Program-made: the position numbers and the translations under genes
Shown here: piece by piece, positions 9,126 to 17,396 of the stretch
Layout of the letters: each line of letters opens with the position of its first letter
Position numbering within the stretch: position 1 is the first letter of the stretch
Origin: a virus
IMG/VR virus record: IMGVR_UViG_3300031673_000014
Coordinates: 1 to 64,000 of that record
Direction: 5' to 3' (one strand)
DNA: 64,000 nucleotides
The notes under the pieces: generated by a model
The model's database searches: none
What the model saw: only the letters and a program-made list of their open reading frames with translations
What the model was told of the DNA's origin: nothing

Positions 9126-9752
9126 GTGAAATCAGATCAATTACAAACATTTAACAATTCAGAGATCGGAGAAATTAGAGGATTCATTAAAGATGGAGAA
9201 CCTTGGTTTTTAGCAGGTCAAGTTTGCCGTACTTTAGGTATAAAAGATGCAAGTACAGCAATTAAAGACATTGAAAATAGATACAGGGCTTCAGGATTAG
9301 AGGATACCATTAGTAGTGGTATCCTTTTAGAGACTAATGGCGGTAAACAAAAAGTTTTAATTATTCCCGAACCTATTCTTTATGAATTAATATTTAAGAG
9401 CCGAAAAGAAAAGGCGTTATTATTTAGAAGATGGGTAACAAGAGAGGTTTTGCCATCTCTTAGAAAGTACGGACAATACAGAATGACAGGGAAACTTATC
9501 CATAGATCATTAACCGATACAATAAAAGAAGACATAATCCCGAACATTGAAAGTGAAATGGGAAAAAGATTTGCATATTCTAATTTTCAGAAGATGATAA
9601 ATAAATCTTTAGACCTGCCGAGCAAAATAGATAAAGACTCAATTGATCCAGAAACACTTGAAAAAATAGCGCACAGAGAGAATCTTGTAAAAGCTATGAT
9701 TGAAGAGGGAAAGGATTATCACAAAATTAAAGAAATTATAGCAAGCTTTTAA
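9126..9752 (+). CDS. Bro-N domain protein (antirepressor-like)
   Basis: GEIRGFIKDGEPWFLAGQVC..LYELIFKSRKEKA..FRRWVTREVLPSLRKYG. Confidence 0.9.
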   Translation: MKSDQLQTFNNSEIGEIRGFIKDGEPWFLAGQVCRTLGIKDASTAIKDIENRYRASGLEDTISSGILLETNGGKQKVLIIPEPILYELIFKSRKEKALLFRRWVTREVLPSLRKYGQYRMTGKLIHRSLTDTIKEDIIPNIESEMGKRFAYSNFQKMINKSLDLPSKIDKDSIDPETLEKIAHRENLVKAMIEEGKDYHKIKEIIASF

Positions 9753-9962
9753 TAATAGGTATCGATAAAAGGAGAGTGAAATGACTGAATTAAAGAAAGA
9801 ACTAATAAGAAGAGAATTGATAGATCTTGTTTATTTATGTTTAAATCATCCCGACATTTATAGAGATGAAATTGAAGAAAATTGCAATGATGCTTTTAAT
9901 AATATAATAAGATTCGTAGGGGATAAATAAAACAGCTACTATAATAAGTTGAATAAGGAGAC

Positions 9963-10166
9963 ATGATGACAAGTCCAGATATATTTAAATTAGTTTCTTT
10001 GATTGAAGATGCAATTTATGAAAGAGTAGATATTGATGATTTTGAAATAATATTGCCAGAGGTTGCAACTGTTTTATACAACCGTTATTGCTCTAATGCT
10101 TGTGATAGCCACATCAACAAAATGAAATACATAAAACAGGCAAATAAAACCACAATAGGCGAATAA
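9963..10166 (+). CDS. Small cassette protein
   Basis: Preceded by the TACTATAATA..AAGGAGAC element. Confidence 0.55.
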   Translation: MMTSPDIFKLVSLIEDAIYERVDIDDFEIILPEVATVLYNRYCSNACDSHINKMKYIKQANKTTIGE

Positions 10167-10176
10167 GGATAAGATT

Positions 10177-10427
10177 ATGTATTGTACAAGATGTGAAGGC
10201 ACTGGATATTTAAACACAGATCAATTACCAGAGGAATTATCTAAATTACTTGACGATCTGGGAGCAGAAGAAACGAAGCAACCGATACAAGGGTTTACAA
10301 TTCAGCTCTCGTTCATGCATATAGACAGGCAATCGAGGACAAATTAAAAGCAGAAGAAAAGATAGAAGAAGATCACCGATTAATATTTGAACAATTCTGG
10401 AAATATATTGAAAAGAAAAAGAAATAG
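10177..10427 (+). pseudogene. Frameshifted or chimeric small gene
   Basis: MYCTRCEGTGYLN.. loses protein-like character near 10270; another frame continues ..AYRQAIEDKLKAEEKIEED..KKKK* without its own start. Confidence 0.4.
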
Positions 10428-10436
10428 GAGAAGATT

Positions 10437-10643
10437 ATGGAAGTTTATTGTAAAGATTGTAAAAATCACATGGTGTGGGAAAACAAGGGGAGTAGAATCC
10501 ATGTATGCAAAAGAGATGTGTACACAGACCAAATAGGTGAAAAGTATTGCCTTGATAGAGAGTATTGCATTAAAACAAATAAAGATTATGATTGTAAAGA
10601 TTTTATCCCAAAATGGTACAAGAAAAGAAAATTAAAAAAATAA
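10437..10643 (+). CDS. Small Cys-rich protein
   Basis: CKDC..C..C..C..C pattern; AGGAGA RBS. Confidence 0.6.
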   Translation: MEVYCKDCKNHMVWENKGSRIHVCKRDVYTDQIGEKYCLDREYCIKTNKDYDCKDFIPKWYKKRKLKK

Positions 10644-10688
10644 CTATTGCAATTATCTAAAATGAAAAAGAAATAGGAGATAAATAAA

Positions 10689-11021
10689 ATGACATGGCAA
10701 TTAATATTAACAATAGGGATAGCCCTGGCTGCTCAGTTCGGAGCGTTTAAGATCCAGAAGACAATAAATGACCATAAGGTGAAAAGGCTCAACTCTGAGA
10801 TCGAAATGAAAGACAATAGAATTGAAGGGCTTGAAAAAGAAAAGGAACAGAGAGACCGGGAACAGGTTGCCGGGGCTGCTCATAGGGAAAGGGTTGTTTT
10901 GTCCAGAAAAGAGAAGAGAGATCTTGAGAAAAAAATAGACAGGGCTTATTCTCCCGAGGAAATAAAAGCCATTTTAAAACTTATAGATGAAGATAATAAC
11001 TTCAAAGTGAGGGAAAAGTGA
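10689..11021 (+). CDS. i-spanin (Rz-like)
   Basis: N-terminal TM followed by coiled coil; overlaps a lipoprotein gene. Confidence 0.65.
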   Translation: MTWQLILTIGIALAAQFGAFKIQKTINDHKVKRLNSEIEMKDNRIEGLEKEKEQRDREQVAGAAHRERVVLSRKEKRDLEKKIDRAYSPEEIKAILKLIDEDNNFKVREK

Positions 11022-11311
11022 AAAGGATATTATTTTTATTCCTTATTTTAATTGCTTTGTCCGGTTGCAAAACGATTGAGTATGTAGAAGTCCCGGTTGT
11101 GGTAAAGCCAAACCTTGAACCTCCTCCTCAAAGAGAGATATTAGATCCGATTCAGGAAAACGAAGATTTATACCAGTTTATGTTAAGAAGAATCAATTAT
11201 TTTTCAGAATTGGTAAATGAATGGGAGTCATGGGGAATCTCTGTTTATGAGTCCGTTGACGTACCTGTTCCTGAAGGTTTATTATTGCCGGAAAAGGATG
11301 GTGAAAAATGA
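11018..11311 (+). CDS. o-spanin (Rz1-like lipoprotein)
   Basis: Signal peptide with lipobox LSGC; Pro-rich segment (PNLEPPP). Confidence 0.7.
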   Translation: MKRILFLFLILIALSGCKTIEYVEVPVVVKPNLEPPPQREILDPIQENEDLYQFMLRRINYFSELVNEWESWGISVYESVDVPVPEGLLLPEKDGEK

Positions 11312-11697
11312 GTTTAAGAAGCTTAATAGAAAAACTTCCGTATATTGCGGAATGTCAGGATGCTGACCGATTTTCAAAAAGAAATCTTATGATGTTTGAT
11401 TATGAGATTGAAAACCCGGGGTCTGTATTTGCTTACAGGGAGTCTGATGTAGAATTAAACAGACTGGCTCCAATGGAGATTCCAGAGGAATACATCGGAA
11501 ATATGAAAATGTACAAAAAATCAGTTTCCAGGGTAAAAATGGCTATGCTTTCTCAGGACAAACATAAAAAAAGAATCTCTGAGAGAGGATTGACGGAACT
11601 TTGTACTTTGTATTCAGGTTCAATGGAAGATATACATATGGATGCTGTAGAAGCTGAATTGACTGCTGATCAGGCGGTAATGGATGTATGGTCATAG
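11308..11697 (+). CDS. Hypothetical protein
   Basis: 129 aa, translationally coupled on both sides. Confidence 0.5.
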   Translation: MSLRSLIEKLPYIAECQDADRFSKRNLMMFDYEIENPGSVFAYRESDVELNRLAPMEIPEEYIGNMKMYKKSVSRVKMAMLSQDKHKKRISERGLTELCTLYSGSMEDIHMDAVEAELTADQAVMDVWS

Positions 11698-12359
11698 ACG
11701 AAAAAAGCAACAATATAATAACAGCTATACTTCTGTTATTTTTTAATATTATAATGTTTTTTTCTGATGATTCACATACTATCGATAGGTATGTGAATCT
11801 TTTGATACCAACAATAGCATTAATTTTTATATATATATTTCGGAATAAGAAACTTTTTTTGTTTTATGCTTTAATCGGTGTCTTGATAACAATATTTGGT
11901 ACATATGGGAATTTCTCTGGATCAATATTTTTCTTTTTTTCTGTTACTGATAACAGAACTATAAAAAACATTTACTTCAATTTATTTCTTTTAATATCAT
12001 CATTATGCGTAAAGATATGTTTTATTGATTATTTTACACCTCATATTTTTTCTATGCTCATAGCGTATTATTTTATTTTATCTCATCTGTATGTTAGGTA
12101 TTGGAATACGTACAAAGAACCAAAGATAAAGAATATAGGCTTAACAGTAGAACAGATCCAAACTGTGAAAATGTTGATCCAGGGGCGCAAGCATCAAAGT
12201 GCAGCCGATTTCCTCAATATAGACAGAAAGACATATTCTGCAAGGGTCTCCAGTCTTAGAAGTAGATATAATGTAGAAACTGACTTTCAGTTAGCAATAA
12301 AACTTATTGAGTCTGATATAATAAGCTTAAATTCAATAGCAAAAGAGAAAATAGACTGA
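11688..12359 (+). CDS. Membrane-anchored LuxR-type HTH regulator
   Basis: About 5 TM segments, then LTVEQIQTVKMLIQGRKHQSAADFLNIDRKTYSARVSSLRSRYNV (LuxR/GerE HTH pattern). Confidence 0.75.
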   Translation: MVIDEKSNNIITAILLLFFNIIMFFSDDSHTIDRYVNLLIPTIALIFIYIFRNKKLFLFYALIGVLITIFGTYGNFSGSIFFFFSVTDNRTIKNIYFNLFLLISSLCVKICFIDYFTPHIFSMLIAYYFILSHLYVRYWNTYKEPKIKNIGLTVEQIQTVKMLIQGRKHQSAADFLNIDRKTYSARVSSLRSRYNVETDFQLAIKLIESDIISLNSIAKEKID

Positions 12360-12559
12360 TAATTGCTTTTCAAATAAAATTTAATCGAATATATTTTAAT
12401 TAAGAGGGGATTTTATGTTAAATATCGCTCATTCCATAGAATTTAATAATCTAATTAATAATATATTTAAAAATAAACGAATAGGTTTTCAAGAATATGT
12501 TGACTGAAAATGGTTTTCTAAACATAATAAGTATAATATCTCATTTCGGAGGAGAGCTT

Positions 12560-13210
12560 GTGGATTGGCTAGAATATATAAAAGATATGATCGGGATGGT
12601 TGGGCTTCCCGGGTTGGTTATTATGGTTTGGGCTATTCTTCCGTTGTTGTTGATAATCCTGATGATCAATTTTGTTAATTCGAATTTCAAACAATCCAAA
12701 ATGAATAATGATGCCATGAAGCAAAATAATGATTTAATGGCAAAGCAAATAGGAAATTTGGCAATAGCCATAAGTAACTTATCTGATAAAGTTCAAAACC
12801 CACCTATGGGAGTTGAAGACTCTCTTGAGTATTTTTATTTAATAATGCATGAACATATAACAAAAAAACTTACTTATTTGGGTGATATATTAAGAAAAAA
12901 TTCAATAGCTGCCCGTAAAACTCAGATTCAGAAAAACATAGAGAATGAATTTCGGGCCATAACAACTAAAGGGGCTACTAAATTGAGCCGGAAAAGATCT
13001 GTTTGCGGTGATATGGGAAAGATCCTACAGGAAAATTTAGACTGGCAAGTATTTCTGGGAGATGTTTATAATGCTTTTTTTGTTTCAAGAGATAAAAACT
13101 GTGATGATTGTGATCATTTTAAGATTCAGGACATAAAGACGATTATGTATGGAAAAGTAGATATTATAGCGAAAATAATTGAAGAAAACGGTGTTCATAA
13201 TAATTCTTGA
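12560..13210 (+). CDS. N-terminally membrane-anchored protein (holin/antiholin-like candidate)
   Basis: GGAGGA RBS favours GTG 12560 (track start 12497); one TM, coiled coil, soluble domain. Confidence 0.45.
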   Translation: MDWLEYIKDMIGMVGLPGLVIMVWAILPLLLIILMINFVNSNFKQSKMNNDAMKQNNDLMAKQIGNLAIAISNLSDKVQNPPMGVEDSLEYFYLIMHEHITKKLTYLGDILRKNSIAARKTQIQKNIENEFRAITTKGATKLSRKRSVCGDMGKILQENLDWQVFLGDVYNAFFVSRDKNCDDCDHFKIQDIKTIMYGKVDIIAKIIEENGVHNNS

Positions 13211-13251
13211 TAAAGACAGGATAAAATAGTATCATAGACCAGAGGTGATAT

Positions 13252-16200
13252 ATGTTAAATCTTCCAGTCTTTAAAATAATTCCGCTAATTGAATCATATT
13301 ACATAGAACAAATCGGGAACAGAAGAATTTCTGTAAAAGAATATAGATCCGTTTCAAAATCAATAAAAAGACTGAAAAAAAGCACATCTGCTCCTCTGGC
13401 GTGGATATTCATAAAAACAGAAAATAAGGAGACTCCTATTCTTTTAAAGAAATCAGGAGAACATCATATCTTCTTAACCGGGGCTCTCCGGTTGAAAAAA
13501 GCCAAAACAGAAAAAGACTTAGAATATTGGAAAAAGAAATTCTCTGATATATTAAAGCTCGATGAATTAGAAAAATCATTAGAAGATATATTGTTCCCGG
13601 GACAACTTGTAAAATCACTTCCTGAAAATGTTCAAGATATGCTTATTAAAGCAAAGGGTTTCCCTGTAGGAACTAAACGAACATGGAGAGGTAAGGAATA
13701 TAAAAAAGTTCCCGGTAATTCTGGCAAGGGTAAATGGGTCCGGACATATTCGGAGACTGAATCCCGTGGAGCAAAACAAGCTATAAGAAATGTTCAACGT
13801 AAAATAATGGAAGCTTCTACCATGGAAGACCTTATGCAGATTGTCCGGGAAAATGCTTCTAGGTTCAAAGATGATAAGGGGCAAATGCTTCCAATAGTAA
13901 AAGAATTTATTACGGCTGCCAGAGAAGTTTCCCCGAAAGATATTAAATTAGAGCCTGAGATTGAAATATCTTCAATTGAAGAAGAAGCAATGAAATATGA
14001 TAGTCCAGAAGAATTTATGAATAATAGAATTCCTATGAATATCTCAATTGATAAAATAAACCCAACAGAAGGGCATACTGCAGAAAATACAATTGGGAAA
14101 CATGAGCCAAGAAATCCGGACGAACCAATTAGGGTAAGCATCGGCAATGAAGGTAGAATAAATATTGAAGATGGAAATCACAGATATTTTAATGCAATAA
14201 AAAACGGAGATAAAAGCATTAACGTTTTATTTGGAACGCAGCTTGATTTTTCAGAAAAGAAATATATAACCGAAATATGGAATAGTGTTAAATCGGATGC
14301 CCCCGGAAAAGTGAAAATTGAAGAGATAAAAGCAGAAGTTGAGTCTGCTCCCGAAGAGCCAATAAGCCGAGTAAAAGAACTTCAAAACTTAATTGAAGAA
14401 TCTGGTCAAACCTATAACGCGGATATAAACAAATTGATGAATTCTGTTATAGAAGGTGATTTATCGTTGAGAGCCGGGAAATATATGGGTAGGAAATTAA
14501 CAAAAGAACATAAGGAAGCCATTGAGAGGTCGGTATCAGAAACAACAGAAAGATTAAAAGTGATGTTGGGTGAAATCACTAAGCCAATCATTTCAGATCT
14601 TCCAGATGAAAGCGATAAACGGAAAAGACAATTTGCTACCGGATCATTTGAAATGGAAGCCGAAGAAGCCGAAACACTCTCTGATAATCTAAATGAAAAA
14701 ATATCTATAACCGGAGTTGAATTCACGTTCACAGAAGATGATGGTGAAATCACATTTTATGCAGAAATAGACAGAGATAATTCTACTGAAAATATAATAA
14801 TAAATCCTTATGATTTAATGGAAATGGACAAACCTGGGATTGAAGACTTATTTTCTATCGAAAACAAAGATATCCCGAAAGAAACTCCAAAGACAGATTA
14901 TGAGGAAATGGCAGTAGAAAAAGAAAAGAGGACTCCAATTAAGCCCGATACTCCTGCCGTGACTGGTGAGGATGCTCAGAAATCAATCGAAGAAGCCAAC
15001 CCGGACAATCGGCAAGAAAAAACATTAGAGGTAGCTGGTACTCTTCCTGAGCCAAGGACAGAAGACGAGGTTTTGGTGTCACAAGAGGTAGAAAATATAA
15101 AACCGATACCGTTTACAAGAGATATAACTTTAAACACAAGCAATGAAGGAATGGTATCCGGTAAAATATCAGGGATAGATACTTCCGTGATTGATCATAG
15201 AGAAATTTTACTTACTTCATATAAGTCTATACAAAAAGCAGGGGAAAATTGGAAAGATGTAAAGCCGGATTGGATTCCTGAAATAGATTACGATCAGTTT
15301 AACAAGAATAGCAATTCGATTATATTTACAAAACTGTCAGATGGAAAATATCTTGTTCCTATTTCTCAGAAATACAAGCCACACGGATCAAAGAGAAAAT
15401 ATAAATACGCACAAGGACCATGGATTGAGGAAATTGCTGATAATCTCGAAGGGACAAAATACGCAATAATGAGTCTAGGACAGGTGGCTGCTACTCAGGA
15501 CTTCTACCGGAAAGTATCAAAATCTATAATAGATGTACGATATCAAGAGAGAGTTGATTATTATGAAAAACAGGGATATGCAGGAAAGCCCAAGAAATCC
15601 AGAATAAAAGTTATGGCTTCAAATAAAATGCTTTATGATCATACATATCTTTATAGAGAAGTCAATAATGCCGAAAACATGAAAGATGCATGGAAGTCTC
15701 ACAATGAGCTTCAAGATTCTTTAAAACAGAAAACAATTGATATGGACCTTATGAAAGAAGAAGTGGATAACGCTTTTTCCAAAGGAAATGAGACTTCATA
15801 CGGAGATTCTAACACTTCTGATGCCCTTCAAAGGGACTACGGAATTAAAATCAAAAGACAGGATGGATCGGACATTTCCACTGAAGATCAAAAATATCTT
15901 TCTGATGCAATGAGTTCTATCCAGAATACATTCGGAGAAAGGAATTCTATGAATGAAAAGTTCGGTCTTAAATTAAGTTTCGCAAAAGGTACGGCTATGC
16001 ACGCAAGAAAAGCGGTTGGATTGTTTGTCCCTTCACAGCATGCAATAGGAATTTCAGACGGAAAAGGATTAAAGAAAAAAGATCCTTTTACCGGAGAGAT
16101 GAGAACGGTAGATTATGGAGATGAAAACTTCGGAGGTTTTGTCTTGTCTCACGAATACGCTCATATGATGGATTATTATCTAGGGAGTAAAACCGGGGAA

Positions 16201-16503
16201 TGGTATGCTTCCGATGATGGAAACTCTACTGCCGGGCAAATAGCCGATGTCTTTAGAACAAATATGAATATGAAGTCTAAATCAGATTACATAAACAGAA
16301 CTTGTGAGTGTTTTGCAAGAGCATTAGAGCAGTACCACGCTATTGAAACTGCCGGAGAGGATGCAATGTCTTTTAATACTGAATATGTCAGCACTGGTCA
16401 ATATGTGAGCAAAGAAGTATATGATACAAACATGAAACCATTGATAGAAAAATTCTTTCAGGAAAACGATAAATTATTGAAATCAATAGATGTTATTTGG
16501 TGA
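13252..16503 (+). CDS. Large polyvalent-type protein: shared leader + ParB-like domain + acidic linker + HEXXH zincin/LPD1-like domain
   Basis: PIRV..IEDGNHRY (ParB/Srx); LSHEYAHMMDYYLG..ECFARALEQY; LxKS/KA motifs at both ends. Confidence 0.75.
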   Translation: MLNLPVFKIIPLIESYYIEQIGNRRISVKEYRSVSKSIKRLKKSTSAPLAWIFIKTENKETPILLKKSGEHHIFLTGALRLKKAKTEKDLEYWKKKFSDILKLDELEKSLEDILFPGQLVKSLPENVQDMLIKAKGFPVGTKRTWRGKEYKKVPGNSGKGKWVRTYSETESRGAKQAIRNVQRKIMEASTMEDLMQIVRENASRFKDDKGQMLPIVKEFITAAREVSPKDIKLEPEIEISSIEEEAMKYDSPEEFMNNRIPMNISIDKINPTEGHTAENTIGKHEPRNPDEPIRVSIGNEGRINIEDGNHRYFNAIKNGDKSINVLFGTQLDFSEKKYITEIWNSVKSDAPGKVKIEEIKAEVESAPEEPISRVKELQNLIEESGQTYNADINKLMNSVIEGDLSLRAGKYMGRKLTKEHKEAIERSVSETTERLKVMLGEITKPIISDLPDESDKRKRQFATGSFEMEAEEAETLSDNLNEKISITGVEFTFTEDDGEITFYAEIDRDNSTENIIINPYDLMEMDKPGIEDLFSIENKDIPKETPKTDYEEMAVEKEKRTPIKPDTPAVTGEDAQKSIEEANPDNRQEKTLEVAGTLPEPRTEDEVLVSQEVENIKPIPFTRDITLNTSNEGMVSGKISGIDTSVIDHREILLTSYKSIQKAGENWKDVKPDWIPEIDYDQFNKNSNSIIFTKLSDGKYLVPISQKYKPHGSKRKYKYAQGPWIEEIADNLEGTKYAIMSLGQVAATQDFYRKVSKSIIDVRYQERVDYYEKQGYAGKPKKSRIKVMASNKMLYDHTYLYREVNNAENMKDAWKSHNELQDSLKQKTIDMDLMKEEVDNAFSKGNETSYGDSNTSDALQRDYGIKIKRQDGSDISTEDQKYLSDAMSSIQNTFGERNSMNEKFGLKLSFAKGTAMHARKAVGLFVPSQHAIGISDGKGLKKKDPFTGEMRTVDYGDENFGGFVLSHEYAHMMDYYLGSKTGEWYASDDGNSTAGQIADVFRTNMNMKSKSDYINRTCECFARALEQYHAIETAGEDAMSFNTEYVSTGQYVSKEVYDTNMKPLIEKFFQENDKLLKSIDVIW

Positions 16504-16690
16504 TTGATTTTATCTATTTTAAATGGTATGTTTAATGAAGATCGTTGATATATATTTTATTTCAGGAGTTCACCCCTCTATTGAAAGAAAATATCAAACA
16601 CTTTAGACCTATTGGTCAGAGGTTGGGAATTTCCGCTGTTTGAGGATTTTTCCAGGGTGAGCCTCTGACTGATAGGTTTTTTTGTTTTTA
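16504..16690 (+). promoter_or_regulatory. Promoter plus two-site structured leader/attenuator
   Basis: TTGATT-N17-TATGTT; long stem 16605-16679 plus T tract; TCACCC/GGGTGA and TCAAACA/TGTTTGA complementary pairs. Confidence 0.7.
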
Positions 16691-16699
16691 GGGGTAAAT

Positions 16700-17332
16700 A
16701 TGGAAGACAATAAAAGTTTAAGTTTATTTTCAGATGGGTTTTTAAAGGGAATTAAAGAGGGTATAGAAAAAATGTCTGTCCGTGAGATTTCAATTTCTCT
16801 TGATACTCCAGAGCGTACAATCCACAATTCTATTGATAGGGTTTTCCCGGGATTAAAGAAAAATGGAATAAAGACAGAACTAGACGAATATCAGGTATCT
16901 TTAATATCTGAAGATCTTAAAAAAGCACATAATACCGACCTTGCCAGTACCCGCAAGGTTGCTACAACAGACATAGAGCTACTTCTACAGTCTGAAAAAC
17001 TTCTTTCCGCTTTGAGTCTCAGACTTATGGATGCAAAGAAAGAAATTGAGATTCTTACTCCTAAAGCTGAATTTTACGACCGGGTAACTGAATCAAATGA
17101 TACTTTCGGTATGGGTGCAGTTGCAAAAATCCTGAATATCAAAGGGTTCGGTCGGAATAATCTTATTAAATATTTGAAAGATGAAAAAATTATCATGAAA
17201 TCTAATGAACCATATCAAAAATATCTACATTATTTTAAAGCTGTAGAGGTTGAAACAAGTGTTGGATTAAAATTAAAACCAGTAGCTTTTCAGAAAGGTG
17301 TAGATTTTATTTTAAAAAGAATAGGGAAATAA
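16700..17332 (+). CDS. Antirepressor with KilA-C/ANT domain
   Basis: PKAEFYDRV..GAVAKIL..GRNNLIKYL..NEPYQKY..KGVDFI; ATG 16700 follows an AGGGG RBS. Confidence 0.85.
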   Translation: MEDNKSLSLFSDGFLKGIKEGIEKMSVREISISLDTPERTIHNSIDRVFPGLKKNGIKTELDEYQVSLISEDLKKAHNTDLASTRKVATTDIELLLQSEKLLSALSLRLMDAKKEIEILTPKAEFYDRVTESNDTFGMGAVAKILNIKGFGRNNLIKYLKDEKIIMKSNEPYQKYLHYFKAVEVETSVGLKLKPVAFQKGVDFILKRIGK

Positions 17333-17396
17333 AATTAATTCCTCTTGACAACCTATCTAATCGGGTGTAGATTTTAGGTATATTCAAGGGGGAATT

